DNA of 64,000 nt from the NCBI GenBank assembly GCA_951406725.2, contig OX597814.1, forward strand, positions 165,354,001 through 165,418,000, in the 5' to 3' direction. Source of the DNA: Octopus vulgaris (Eukaryota). This document shows, one piece after another, positions 29,035 to 41,635 of this stretch. A program made the translations under genes and the position numbers. The notes under the pieces were generated by a model, which saw only the letters and a program-made list of their open reading frames with translations, had not been told where the DNA came from and made no database searches. How positions within the stretch are numbered: position 1 is the stretch's first letter; each line of letters begins with the position of its first letter.

Positions 29035-30121
29035 TCTACTACATATGTGGAAAATCGGTGTGTTAGTTTGTGACGTTGTTAGCTAACGCTTCCACCGTTC
29101 TACTGATTTTGATGAAACTCGACATGTGAGTGAAACTCACGTCCGGAAACCTCGTGACATACTTAGATGGCTGAAAAAAGCGATAATACGGTCCCTGGTA
29201 GGGACCTTTATATCTACTTCTTATAACTAATTTTTTTAAAAAAACCACCCAAGGGAAATAACCCATTTCATTGTTTATGATCGATTAATTTGAATATTGA
29301 TTTTTTGTGTGCCCTATTTCTAATTTTTGCATACAATATCCCTTTTATACTTTATTTGACACATGAGTAGACCTCATGTCTGGAAACCTCATGACATACT
29401 TTTGAAAAAAATCGATAATAGTGCCCTTCCAATTGAGCCTTCTATCTACTACATATTACTAATATTTTAGTTAAACATTACAAGGGAAATAACCCATACC
29501 ACCTGCAGATTTTAGCGAAGCAATCAATATTTGATTCTCAAGATCAGCCGACCTAATTCTGCATTTCACTACTGACAGTTTTGAACTGCTAAACATTATT
29601 ATTTGACTTCTTTAATTTGAATCATAAACATTAAAGACTTCATTCTTTTCTATACATACATACTTTTTTGAATGCCCATTACTCCAATAATTCTGCAGTT
29701 TTACAGTTAAACTTTTTCCATGACAGTAGATAAATTTTTTATTCCACGACATATTTGTAGTGGCTTCATGCAGGCATAGTGTGGATTTGATACTCAATTG
29801 CCAAATTTCACTTAACACTTCAACATCGCTTTTCTCGCGGTAAAGCAATAGTTTTTCTGTGAATGACAGCAATTATACATTTCCCAGATGCCTGCACTAA
29901 GCAGAATAATGTCTTTGCCTCTCGCCAAGCTCCATAAACCTTTCTTGCCATCCTCCAACAATCTCTCCCTCCTCCAGCTGACAGTTGTTTGTACTTTTAC
30001 GTGACAGAAAATACACCTTTTGTGGCAGTTATAACGAAAATTGCTTTTTTTTTATATCAGAGTTATAAGGAATTTCAATGGAACATCTTTACCCCCGGCA
30101 ATTACTGGGTATAACTGCTAG
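29035..30121 (+). mobile_element. non-autonomous Helitron
   Basis: 5' TCTACTAC..., 3' cccggcaattactggg hairpin + CTAG|T, no TSD, internal duplication of about 160 bp (29135-29290/29357-29500). Confidence 0.75.
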
Positions 30122-30157
30122 TAAAAGAATAAAAGAATATATATATATTATATATAC

Positions 30158-30221
<64 letters not shown>

Positions 30222-30234
30222 GTATAAATATGAT

Positions 30235-33200
30235 ATCATCATCATCATCGTTTAACGTCCGTTTTCTGCGCTAGCACGGGTTGGACGGTTCGACCGGGGT
30301 CTGGGAAGCCAGGGTATGCACCAGGCTCCAGTCTGATCTGGCAGTGTTTCTACAGCTGGATGCCCTTCCTAACGCCAACCACTCCGCGAGTATAGTGGGT
30401 GCTTTTTACGTGCCACCTGCACAGGTGCCAGGGGGGTCTGGCATCGGCCACGATCGGTTGGTGCTTTTAACGTCCCACCGGCACAGAAGCCAGCCAAGGC
30501 GGCGCTGGCATTGGCCACGTTCGGATGGTGCTTTTTATGTGCCACCGGCACAGAAGCCAGTCGAGGCGGCGCTGGCATCGGCCACGTTCAGCTGGTGCTT
30601 TTTATGTGCCACCGGCACAGAAGCCAGTCGAGGCGGCGCTGGCATCGGCCACGTTCGGATGGTGCTTTTTATGTGCCACCGGCACAGAAGCCAGTCAAGG
30701 CGGCGCTAGCAACGGCCACGTTCGGATGGTGCTTTTTATGTGCCACCGGCACAGATATCACAACTACTATTTCAATTGATATTTGTTTTGATGTTCATGC
30801 ACTTGACTCAACAGGTCTCCTCAAGCACAGCGAGATGTTCTGGGATCCAAGGTACTTTGAATGGGCAGGGGCTATGCGGAACTGGTGCCGGAAGCATCCC
30901 GGGTCTTTGCAGTCACAGCACATCTCCAGAGATCTTGGTCCTTCACCATTGCCTCAGTGAGGCCCAACGCTCTGAGGTCATGCTTGACTACCTCATCCCA
31001 TGTTTTCCTGGGTCTACCTCTCCCCCTGATTCCTTCAACTGTTTGGGAGTGGCACTTCTTCACACATCTCTCCTCATCCATCCGCAGTACATGACCATAC
31101 TATTGCAAGCGTCGCTCTTGCACACCACATCTGAAGCTTCTTATGTCTGGCATTTCTCTCAGGGTGCTTACACTCTGTCGTGCATTCACACTGACATTAC
31201 ACATCCAGTGGATCATGCTAGCTTCATTTCTTTCAAGTCTACGCATGTCCTCTGCAGTCACAGCCCATGTTTCACTACGTGAAGCATGGCAGTTCGCACA
31301 CATGCATCATACAATCTACTTTTCACTCTGAGTGAGAGACCCTTTGTCGCCAGTAGGGTTAGGAGCTTTCTAAACTTTGCCCAGGCTATTCGTATTCTAG
31401 TGTTGACACTCTCTGAGCATCCACCTCCACTACTAACTTGGTCACCCAGGTAGCGGAAACTATCAACTACTTCTAGTTTCTCCCCCTGGAGTGTGATGGA
31501 ATCTGTTTTCTGAGTATTTGTGGTGTCTATTGTCCCTGTGCATCTGCCGCACATGAAAGCTATCTTATCAGTTAATTTCCCTTTGATGTTGCTGCACCTC
31601 TTATGCGTCCATAGCTTACACTGGGTGCATCTTATGGAGTTTCTACCTACACCTTTCCTACAGATCGAGCAGGGCCACCTGCCCGATGGGGTGTGTGCTG
31701 AGTTCACCTTTCTGCTTACTATAACTTTGGTCTTTGCTACATTTACTCTAAATCCCTTTGATTCTAACCCTTGTTTCCACACCCGAAATTTCTTTTCTAG
31801 TTCCGGTAGTGATTCTGCTATGAAAGCCAGATCGTCAGCATAGAGGAGCTCCCAGGGGCAACCTGTTTTGAATTCCTCTGTTATTGCCTGGAGGACTATG
31901 ATGAATAAAAGGGGACTGAGGGCTGAGCCTTGGTGTACACCTACTTCTACCCGGAATTCTTCACTATATTCGTTGCCAATCCTAACCTTGCTGACAGCCT
32001 CTCTGTATAGGGCCTGTACAGCCCTTATTAGCCATTCGTCAATCTCCAGTTTCCGCATCGACCACCAGATAAGGAATCGGGGGACCCTGTCAAAGGCTTT
32101 CTCCAAGTCCACAAAAGCTATGTAGAGGGGTTTATCTTTAGCTAGGTACTTCTCCTGCAGTTGTCGGACCAGGAATATAGCATCAGTGGTGCTTCAACCC
32201 GGCACAAAACCGAACTGCATCTCATCTAAGCAAATTCTCTCCCTAATGAGATGGGTTATGACCCTCTCTGTGACCTTCATCACCTGATCCAACAGTTTAA
32301 TACCGCTGTAGTTATTTCTATCTAGAGCATCACCCTTACCCTTGTAGCAGTTGACTATGGTGCTGCTGCGCCAGTCATTGGGTATGACTCCATTATGAAC
32401 TACCTGGTTTAAAATACGGGTGTCTAGGCCATAGCTCACATAACCAGCTGTTTTAAGCATCTCAGCAGTGGTACCTGATGGGCCAGGGGCTTTACCTGGT
32501 TTCATACCCTTAATTGCCTTAACTACAAGGGAGCTGTCTATTTGGATAGCTGGTCCCTCTACTGGGTCAACATTTGGCAGGCTCTCCTCCTCCCATTCAT
32601 TCTCCACATTCAGCAGTCTTTCATAATGGTTTCTCCAAGCCTCTTTCTTTTCACCAACATTAAAAGCAAGTGCCCCATCATCCATGCGGACACGTTTCTC
32701 TCCTGTAACATCACTATTTTCTCTCACACACTGTCTAGCAATTCGAAATACCTCAGTTCTTTGGTCCTCACGTCGCTGAACATTGGCAAACTTCTTCTTT
32801 TCTGCTATATCTTTGGCTATGTATACCTGCCGCCCGGCCTCCCTTTTGACTACTTGGTACAGTTCCCTGCTACCCCCATACCTCCAGGCTCTCCAGGCCT
32901 GTTTCTTTGCACTAATGGCTTTGTCTACTGCACTATTCCACCACCACATAACTCTAGGTCTGGAAGGGACTTTGCACCATCCACAGACTTGGTCTGTGGC
33001 ACTCAGCAAGCTGTCCCGTAGGAATTTCCAGCTACCTTCTATGTCCAACATCTGTAGCTCCTCCTCCCTCTCATCAAATTTCTTGATGAGGATGTCCCTA
33101 AATCTCTGACCATGTGAAGGGTTCTTTAGCTTCCAAATTCTTCTTTTCTGGATTGGTCTGTTTCTTGGAGTCCTTCTGGCCTCAAGCCTAAAGTCACTAA

Positions 33201-33738
33201 TGATTAGCCTATGCTGAGGGATACATTCTTCACTCGGGAGGGTCTTTGTATTTAAGAGCGACCCTGCATCCTGCTGTCTGGTGAGGATGAAGTCTATTTG
33301 GCTAGCGGAGTCTCCTGACTGATAAGTTATAAGGTGGCAGTCAGGCTTCCTGAAATTAGTGTTGCATATTAAAAGGTTACATGCATCACAGAATTCCAGT
33401 AGTCTAGTTCCCTCATCATTTCTGGTGCCAATACCATGGCAGTGAAGATACCAGATTCCCGCCCAACATGCTTATTAAAGTCTCCACCCACAAAGATGAG
33501 GTCCTTGCCACTAGTCTTTGAGGTAGCCTGTAGAAGGGTATCATAAAAGTGGTCCTTCTGATCATTTGGTAGCCCTGCATGTGGGGCATAGGCGGAGATA
33601 ATCGTAGCTGTGCCACTCTGTAGGACTAACCTGAGCTTAAGCACTCTATTGCAAACCCTGACAACCTCTATGACCTTATCCACCCATTTCTCCGCAAGGA
33701 GAATGCCTACACCCCCTACCCCATCCATGTTACCTTGC
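30235..33738 (-). mobile_element. RTE-clade LINE, 5'-truncated (copy A)
   Basis: APE (GVGILL, SAYAP, GGDFN), RT (QFGF, DLEKAFD, GVHQGS.LSP, LLYADD, FRYLG), 3' RGRGRPRKTW, VNTR UTR, (GAT)n tail. Confidence 0.95.
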
Positions 33739-33740
33739 AA
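30872..33740 (-). pseudogene. APE-RT(PHD) polyprotein of LINE copy A, frameshifted
   Basis: ORF pieces 33369-33740, 32194-33051, 31258-32112, 31100-31303 and 30872-31081 are colinear with copy B. Confidence 0.92.
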
Positions 33741-33756
33741 GAAGACTTTATACCTA

Positions 33757-34070
33757 TGTATATATATATTATACCTATGATATATATATATTATATATAT
33801 TTATATATATTGTATATATGTATATATTATATACATATATATTATATGTATATATATATATTATACATACATATGTATATATATTACATGTATGTATATA
33901 TTATACATATGTATATATATTACATGTATGTATATATTATACATATGTATATATATTACATGTATGTATATATTATATATACATATATATATTATATATA
34001 TGTATATATTATATATACATGTATATATTATATATATGTATATATATTATACATATATATATTATATATA

Positions 34071-34126
<56 letters not shown>

Positions 34127-34152
34127 GTATGTAGGTATGTATGTATGTATGT
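33757..34152. repeat. (TA)n-rich compound microsatellite
   Basis: Directly visible. Confidence 0.95.
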
Positions 34153-34154
34153 AT

Positions 34155-35130
34155 TATGTTGCAAGCTTATGGCAGAACCTAAATGCAATATACAAGGGAA
34201 GAAAATAACATGCACTTTCATGCTTGAAAATTTCAAGCACTATGCTGTCATCTAACAAATGCACTGCAGCCTGCATAAGCAGGACCTGAACGACCTGCAA
34301 TTCCAGAATTACAGACTGTGAGAGACTTGGGGATCAGTATACATAATAATACATTGTTTCAGATGCACATTACCAAGATGGTAACAAACTGCAGACAACT
34401 GGTGGGGTGGGTACTGAGGTCCTTCAAGAAAAGATACCAAGAAATCATGTTGACCTTGTGGAGGACCTTTGTTCTCAGCTGCCTGGACTACTGCTCTTAG
34501 TTGTGGCCATCACATAGTGCTAGACTAATAGCAGAGCTTAAAATGGTCCAATATTACTACACTAAGAAGATTGTAACAGTGCAGCATATGAACTACAAGG
34601 AGAGGTTGAAAAAATATGACTTTACTCCCTGGAGTAAAAACACGACAGATATGTAATAATCTATATATACAAAATTCTGACTCACGGTTGGAGGATCGCA
34701 GTTTCAATTCCCATACCCGGCGTTGCATGTGTTTATTGAGCGAAAAAACCTAAAGCTCCACGAGGCTCCAGCAGGGAGTGGTGTCGATCCCTGTTGTACT
34801 CTTTCGCCCCAACTTTCTCTCATTCTTTCTTCCTGTTTCTTGAGTAACACTGCGATGGACTGGCGTCCCATCCAGCTGGGGGAACACATATGCCATAGAA
34901 ACCAGGAAACTGAGCCCATGAGCCTGGCTAGACTTGAAAAGGGCGCAAAGAGAAAGAAAGAGAAAATTCTGAAAGAGTTAGTTCCTAATTTCGGCATGAA
35001 GTGTTATACAAATGACTGAACTGGATGCCATTGCATTGTTTCAAAGGCACCTTATCTAAATTCAGGACCAGGTATTGCAACAGCTTAGGGTTCAGAAGCC
35101 CACAATTCTTCAAAAGCATACTGTACATTC
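34155..35130 (+). mobile_element. CR1-like LINE 3' RT fragment, interrupted by a SINE
   Basis: VRDLGI...LVGWVLRSF...LWRTFVLSCLDYCS*LW...LYSLE...IIYIYKIL|KELVPNFG. Confidence 0.75.
34681..34962 (+). mobile_element. SINE family S3 variant with 10-bp TSD
   Basis: Shares the S3 5' half; AAAATTCTGA at 34671-34680 and 34963-34972. Confidence 0.85.
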
Positions 35131-35660
35131 TCCTATCCACAATTTCAATGAATGAACAGCCCAGCATGAGATACACATGAGGGCAGCAATGTCAAACTCC
35201 CTCATACACCAAATGGGCCAACAACCAAGCAGAAAAGCACATGCAAGGAGTGCTGACATGAAATCCCACCACCCTGAAGAAATCAGCTGAAGAACAATGT
35301 CTAAAAGTACAAAATCATAGTGGCACTCCAGCATGACCACAACCATGTAGCTGAAACAAATAAAAGAATTATATATGTGTGGGTGTTATATGTGCAAGTT
35401 ATATATATATATATATATGGATAAGATCATTAATTTAAAAATAAAATAATGACTTTATCAAGTGGTCAGTATGGAAAAACTGACCTTCAAAGCTAATAAT
35501 TATTAAAATTATAAATTAGGGTATCTATGGGATACACACAGAATAGACGCAGAAGAGAAATACATATATATATATAACCTCAACATATGAATACTTACAT
35601 ATATGAACATATACCTACATATATATGCACGTATGCATCTTATGTTTCTCTTCTGTGTGT

Positions 35661-35711
35661 ATTCTACTGACGAGGCAAAGCATTACTAAATGCAAATCCG
35701 GGATCTAGAAT
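35661..35711 (+). ncRNA. decayed hammerhead ribozyme relic
   Basis: ATTCTA-CTGACGA-gg...gcatt acta aatgc...cc-[GAAA missing]-ATC-TAGAAT; stem I perfect. Confidence 0.35.
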
Positions 35712-36522
35712 TATCCTGTAATTTTTTACTAGTTTTAATGTGGTATTAGAGTCAGAACATGGCTGCTATTTTCAGCATGGTGTTATCACGTAGATACCCT
35801 AATTTATAATTATATATATATATAGAGAGAGAGAGAACGGAGTTTGTGAGTGTGCGTGTGTTCCTTCTGGATTTCAAAACTGAGTTACCAATTTTAATGT
35901 ATTAGGTGTCGAAAGATTTAGTAATTTTTTGGCTACCAACTAAAGAATGTTTTTTGCACAACTCTTTTTGCTAAAATAATAAACTTGAAAACGAGATTTG
36001 GTCACACAATTTTGAGGTATTTACTTAAGGGAGACAACTCTGCCTGAACAATCTGTGTGTTAAAGCATAATGAGAAAATGTTTAAAATGCATGGAGTTTT
36101 ACCAGAGAGTGAAACTTGAAAAATATACTGTCAATTTTATTAGTATTATTTAGTAGATAATCTTTTAATTTGAAGTATCTTAGTCTGTGTTTTGTTTAGC
36201 CCAGATTTGCCTCTGCTGTAGCAGACCCATCGCATAGTTTTTTTGTTCTTTTTTTCTTCCTGAAGTACTGTAAATTTGTGTCTTTCTTTTGATGAAAGGG
36301 TGTGTTTGAAGAGAAATTTGGCTGCTATTTATAGTAGCTCAAGTTACCACAGATACACCTCTGTGTGTTTGTTTTGTTGTGGTGAAGAAAATACTTTTCT
36401 CAGAATATTTTGCCCAATTTTTAAGAAATCTGGATATCTTTCTTCCTGCTAACAATTCAACTTCAAATTACAATTGTTAATTGTTGGAAGTCAAGTAAAC
36501 TGATGTGTACATAGAGTGTTGT

Positions 36523-36907
36523 GGAGGCACAATGGCCCAGTAGTTAGGGCAGCGGACTCGCGGTCATAGGATCGCGGTTTCGATTCCCAGACCGGGCGTT
36601 GTGAGTGTTTATTGAGCGAAAACACCTAAAGCTCCACGAGTCTCCGGCAGGGATGGTGGTGATCCCTGCTGTACTCTTTCACCACAACTTTCTCTCACTC
36701 TTTCATCCTGTTTCTGTTGTACCTGTATTTCAAAGGGCCGGCCTTGTCACTCTCTGTGTCACGCTGAATATCCCCGAGAACTACGTTAAGGGTACACGTG
36801 TCTGTGGAGTGCTCAGCCACTTACACGTTAATTTCACGAGCAGGCTGTTCCGTTGATTTGGATCAACCGGAACCCTTTTCGTCGTAACCGACGGAGTGCT
36901 TCCATCC
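36523..36907 (+). mobile_element. tRNA-derived SINE family S3, full length
   Basis: Head ggaggcacaatggcccagtagttagggc...gtttcgattccc; TSD acatagagtgtt/acatatagtgtt; near-identical to 63552-63936. Confidence 0.9.
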
Positions 36908-37369
36908 ACATATAGTGTTACCGCATAGAGTGTAAGCTCAATAGGAAGATTTTAACTCATTATCTTGTGGTTAATAATCCATTACCTTAAATTTGAAGCC
37001 AATTTAGTATTTAAACATTATTTTACTGGGTTTAGTCTTTCAACTGTCGCCATGATGGGGTTATCACCTTTAAAAATTTAATTGATCATACTGACCCCAG
37101 GATGTATTTCAATCTGGCATTTATTTTATAGATCTGTGCTTGATGAACTGCTAACTTTTGAGACATAGTGGGACACAATACTCAATTTAACTCACACACA
37201 TACATACGCACACATATTAGATGCAAGAATGACTGTGGTTGACAAATTTGTTCTCAACCACATTGTTCAATTTTCAGTCCCTCGGCATTGTACATTGGAC
37301 AAGTGTTTTTTACTATAGCCCTAGGCCAACCACAGACTTGTGACTGAATTTAGTAGACAGAAACTGCAG

Positions 37370-37523
37370 TGCTGTTCAAAAGAAAATTACCAAAAAACAT
37401 GTTTATACAGAAGAGTTGTTTGCTTCATACTCCTTGTGTGTCGATTCTGCTCATAAGAAAGGAACAAATAATACAATGAGACTGTTGGTCCTAACACTCA
37501 GGCAATGCCAGGGTGCATTGCTA

Positions 37524-37524
<1 letters not shown>
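37370..37524 (+). mobile_element. Helitron 3' terminal fragment
   Basis: ctcaggcaatgccagggtgcattgCTAG|T, the same terminal design as at 21458 and 30121. Confidence 0.55.
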
Positions 37525-37559
<35 letters not shown>

Positions 37560-37560
<1 letters not shown>

Positions 37561-37639
37561 GGCAATGGTGGGATTTGAACCCTACCATCCAGAGTTTGGG
37601 TCTTTGAATGAGTGCCTAAGTCTGCTCAATCACACAGCC
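37560..37639 (-). pseudogene. tRNA-Leu-like pseudogene
   Basis: GGCTGTGTGATTGAGCAGACTTAGGCAC...GGGTTCAAATCCCACCATTGCCA resembles eukaryotic tRNA-Leu (GGTAGCGTGGCCGAGCGGTCTAAGGCGC...GGGTTCGAATCCCACCGCTGCCA); stems disrupted. Confidence 0.55.
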
Positions 37640-37773
37640 ACATGCTTAAATTAAATGAAGAAAATTAGAAACCAAATCACAATGGTGAAATTTAAAGCCA
37701 CATCTTGAAAGAGAAGTGTGTGTGTGTGTGTGTGTCTCTCTCTCTCTCTCTTATATATATATATATATATATA

Positions 37774-39021
37774 CTAGCTGTTGGACCCAGCATTGCTCAT
37801 GTTTTCCATGTTGAAGTTAAGCCCACCTCTGACCTTGTTTTGAAATCTACGTTCTCCATACCAACTATTACCCATTAAGATGTTATGTCTGGTTAGGCAG
37901 GGATTTTTACCCAGTTAATGCTTTTGACATACTCCTACATACTAAACTGTCTGAAATCGCAGTCAAACCTTTGGGTGTACCTCAACCCGTTGAGAGTGAT
38001 GTTTGTTTATTCATTTCCTTAATGCCACCCTCTGTACAAAATTGATCAGTGTGTCCAATCTCAGCAAAATCCAAAGGAAAGTGTTAAGGTTATGTCATAA
38101 AATAGAATCCATCTGACCATTTACATGAAAATATCCCATTGACTTTTAAATCCCAACACATTATATAAATAATCAGTTTCATATGTTGAAGTGCTTAATT
38201 TTACTCATGGATCAATTCTCTTCAAAATCAACGATTTCTGCCTTTCACCATTTAATTCTAATTCTACTACATGACCCTGACCATAAACGTTACCTAAATG
38301 TCAAATTTCATCAAAATCGGATGAATTCTGTTAAAGATACAGCATAAAATATTAATCCTATGGGTAATTGCAAACAAAAAGGCTATTGATTTCTTAAAAT
38401 CCCCCCCCCTCACATGCAATTATTGATTTTTTTTTTGTCATCTCTTCATGATGGCATCAATTAATGGATATGAACTGTAATCATATGTAAAATTTCTACA
38501 AAATCGATAAGAATGTCCCAAAGGAAATGCTTATTTGCATTTGTTCCCTTTTCAAGCCCTTTTGAATTAAATAAGTACCTTTACCGTCTCCCTCAACACA
38601 AAATTTACCTACATCTCAAATTTCATTAAAATTAGATAAAAAATATAGAAGTTACAGCCAAAAATAAAATCCCTATAAGTATTTGCACACAAAAAGCCTA
38701 TTGATTTTATAAAATCTCTGCCCAGGCGCAATTACTGATTTTTTTGTCGTCATATATATTGCCATCAACTCACTGTTGATTTTCGTCAAAATAGGACAGA
38801 AAATGCAAAAGCTGCAGGAAAAATAATATTATTATGGGAATTTCCATTCAAACGTCCGATTGAGCTCACAAAAATCGATGCCAACTGAGCATTATCAGTT
38901 TTTGAAAAATTCTGGCCTTATTTGAACTTCTGGGCATTTGTCAAAAATCATTAAAATCGATTGGACAGTGTGGGAGGAGTTAGAATAACCCTAAACACAC
39001 ACCATTACACATTAATGCATG

Positions 39022-39030
<9 letters not shown>
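37774..39030 (-). mobile_element. non-autonomous Helitron with internal repeats of about 310 bp
   Basis: Minus-strand 3' end gagcaatgctgggtccaacagCTAG|T; repeated aaatttcat.aaaat...ctattgattt blocks at about 38300 and 38615. Confidence 0.6.
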
Positions 39031-39063
<33 letters not shown>

Positions 39064-39066
<3 letters not shown>

Positions 39067-39260
39067 ATCATTCAATGTCTGTTTCCCATAATTGCATGGG
39101 TTGGGTGGTTTAACAGTATCCAACATCCTAGCTGATGGGCTATGTTCAGCCTCTGTTTTGGCTTTGGCATGGTTTCTACGGTTGGATATCCTTCTTAATG
39201 CCAACCACTTTACAGTGTGTACTGGGGGCTTTTTCATGACACTGGCACTAGTGAAGGTAT
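39064..39260 (-). mobile_element. old RTE-3'-end-related repeat
   Basis: ggcatggtttctacgttggatatccttcttaatgccaacc, a diverged form of the RTE 3' motif. Confidence 0.6.
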
Positions 39261-39936
39261 TGATTAACTTGCATGATAAAGGAAAGAAGTAGAAAAGGCA
39301 CTCTTCACTAAGTGGGAGTGTATTTGAAAGCGGGGAAGGTGTTGAAGGCTAAAGTATGATAGAGGGACAAGCACAGATTTCTTACTATAGCAGAGATACT
39401 TAGCTACACTGGTTTATATGAGGGTGTGTAAGAGTAACTGAAAGGAAGGTAAAGCTGAGGGTGACAATGTATTCCTGTGGTACAAGGTGAGAGTATGGGA
39501 AAATACAGACAGTGGATCAAGAGGAGGGAAAGTGTGGATCATCTCATAAGAGAATGAGAGGAGAGGGACATGATTATCAGGGTGTGTAAGAGTAACTGAA
39601 AGGAAGGTAAAGCCGATGGTGACACCACATAAAAAAATTTTGAGTTGAAAATATGTGGATAAAAATAATAAAAAGTGGAAGAGAAATGCCTTCTTTTCAT
39701 ATAGTTTAATATCTTTTTATAAATATATACATATTATATGGAAGTAGTGAAATCCAAACGGTTTTTGTTATTTAAATTAGTTTTTCAAGGGACATTGTAC
39801 AGTAATCAGTTCTCGTAACAGAGGGGTCTTGTCATTTTGGATGTTTGAAAAAGAAGAATGAGTCAAGAGAGTGAACCAAGGGAAGCAACAGGTGGCAAGG
39901 GGAACAACTGGCTCTGTAGTATAATTTTTAAAATGG

Positions 39937-40135
39937 TCAAATTTGTATATTGAGGTGTGGTCTGTACTTTTGAATGAACGCCTTGTTTAGGCATTCTTCT
40001 ACTGAGATTAAATCTTTGCATGAGTATAATGGGAAGATATGAAAATTCGACATTTTATTATTTGCGCATTTGTTGATATGTCCACTCAGTGCTATCGGCC
40101 TGTACTGAGGGAAAACCTCAGTACAGGCAGATAGC
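39937..40135 (-). mobile_element. Penelope-like GIY-YIG C-terminal remnant (different subfamily)
   Basis: LSGHINKCA...FHIFPLY...FIQKYRPHLN resembles the GIY-YIG terminal E..FI....P.LN motif. Confidence 0.5.
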
Positions 40136-40348
40136 ACTCTTTTACTCTTGTTTCAGTCATTTGGCTGTGGCCATGCTGGAGCACCGCCTTTAGTCGAGCA
40201 AATCAACCCCAGGACTTATTCTTTGTAAGCCTAGTACTTATTCTATTGGTTTCTTTTGCCGAACCGCTAAGTACGTGAATGTAAACATATCCGCATCGGT
40301 TGTCAAGCGATGTTGGGGGGACAAACACAGACACACAAACATACACAT

Positions 40349-40383
<35 letters not shown>

Positions 40384-40536
40384 ACGGGCTTCTTTCAGTT
40401 TCCGTCTACCAAATCCACGCACAAGGCTTTGGTCGGCCCGAGGCTATAGTAGAAGACAATTGCCCAAGGTGCCACGCAGTGGGACTGAACACGGAACTAT
40501 GTGGTTGATAAGCAAGCTACTTACCACACAGCCACT
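40136..40536 (-). mobile_element. SINE family S1, full length
   Basis: Reverse complement of 9190-9595; a partial second copy follows at 40570-40702. Confidence 0.9.
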
Positions 40537-40726
40537 TTTATATATATATATTATACACACACACGCACATGTGATGGACTTCTTTCAATTTCCATGTACT
40601 TAATCCACTCACAAGGCTTTGGTTGACCCAAGGCTATAGTAGAAGACACTTGCCCAAGGAGCCACGTAGTTAGGAAGCAAACTTCTTATCATATAGCCAC
40701 ACCTTATGTATGCTTATATGCACATA

Positions 40727-41088
40727 TCTCTTATATAAAATCCATTCTCTCTGTCTGTGTGTTTGAGTGGCTTCTAGGATCTCGGGCATCCTCCATCCGA
40801 TTGCGCTCAAATTTGATATGTAGATACCTACGGTATCAGGGTGTGTATAAGTCTTGAAAAAATTACAAAAATCGATTCCAGGTGAGAATGCAATCGATAA
40901 AGCCATGGAAAATCGTTTTTCTTTGAATAAAATAATAAGTCTACTTTTATTTCTTCTTTTGCTGGTGTCTCAAATTAAGGTTAAATCAGTGTTTCTCAAA
41001 TGGGACGGTCGGACAAGTTGTTTTGAGAAAATTTGGTTTAAATGTTTGACAATTCAGCACTATCCATTGGACGGGGGGCTTTTGCTCA
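40727..41088 (+). mobile_element. short non-autonomous Helitron-like element
   Basis: A|TCTCTTATATAAAA 5' end; decayed 3' hairpin and terminus. Confidence 0.45.
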
Positions 41089-41343
41089 TATACATATATA
41101 AATTAAATATATATAACTAATCAAGCATAAAATCTTCATAAGATTTTATCAAGTAGCCAGTATGTAATAAAGCCATATAAGTTTATTACATATAGGTTTT
41201 AATACATGCTGGCTACTTGATAAAATCTTATAAAGATTTTATCCTTGGCTATATATAAATATAAATTATTCTGACCAATATATTCACTCCGATATTATTT
41301 TATACACACATGGTTGTGGTGAATGAATTAGATTTTGCTTGTA

Positions 41344-41570
41344 TTGGGTTGGTGCATAATTATTGCTGTTTTTTTCAAAAAATTTTATTCAACAAAACCA
41401 ATAACAATATTTAACAAAAATACCTTTGAATGATGGTCTGACTCTCTGCCAAGCAAATGAGAAGTAGATGGTGAATATGCTCCAGAATAATCATTTAAAG
41501 ATGTTTTTGTTACATGTTATTGTTTTTGTTGAATAAAATTTGTTGAAAAAATAATTATGCACTAACCCAA
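41344..41570. mobile_element. mariner-family MITE, TA TSD
   Basis: TA|TTGGGTTGGTGCATAATTATT...AATAATTATGCACTAACCCAA|TA; long inverted arms; centre encodes EVDGEYAPE*, like a mariner C-terminus. Confidence 0.8.
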
Positions 41571-41635
41571 TATATAAATGTGAGCATTTTTATATATGCT
41601 TGTGGATTTGTGCTATTTGTATGAGTATATATAAA

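Noticed and set aside
30399-30755. CRISPR-like palindromic repeats
   Set aside because: Intervening sequences are also repeated; part of a LINE 3' UTR
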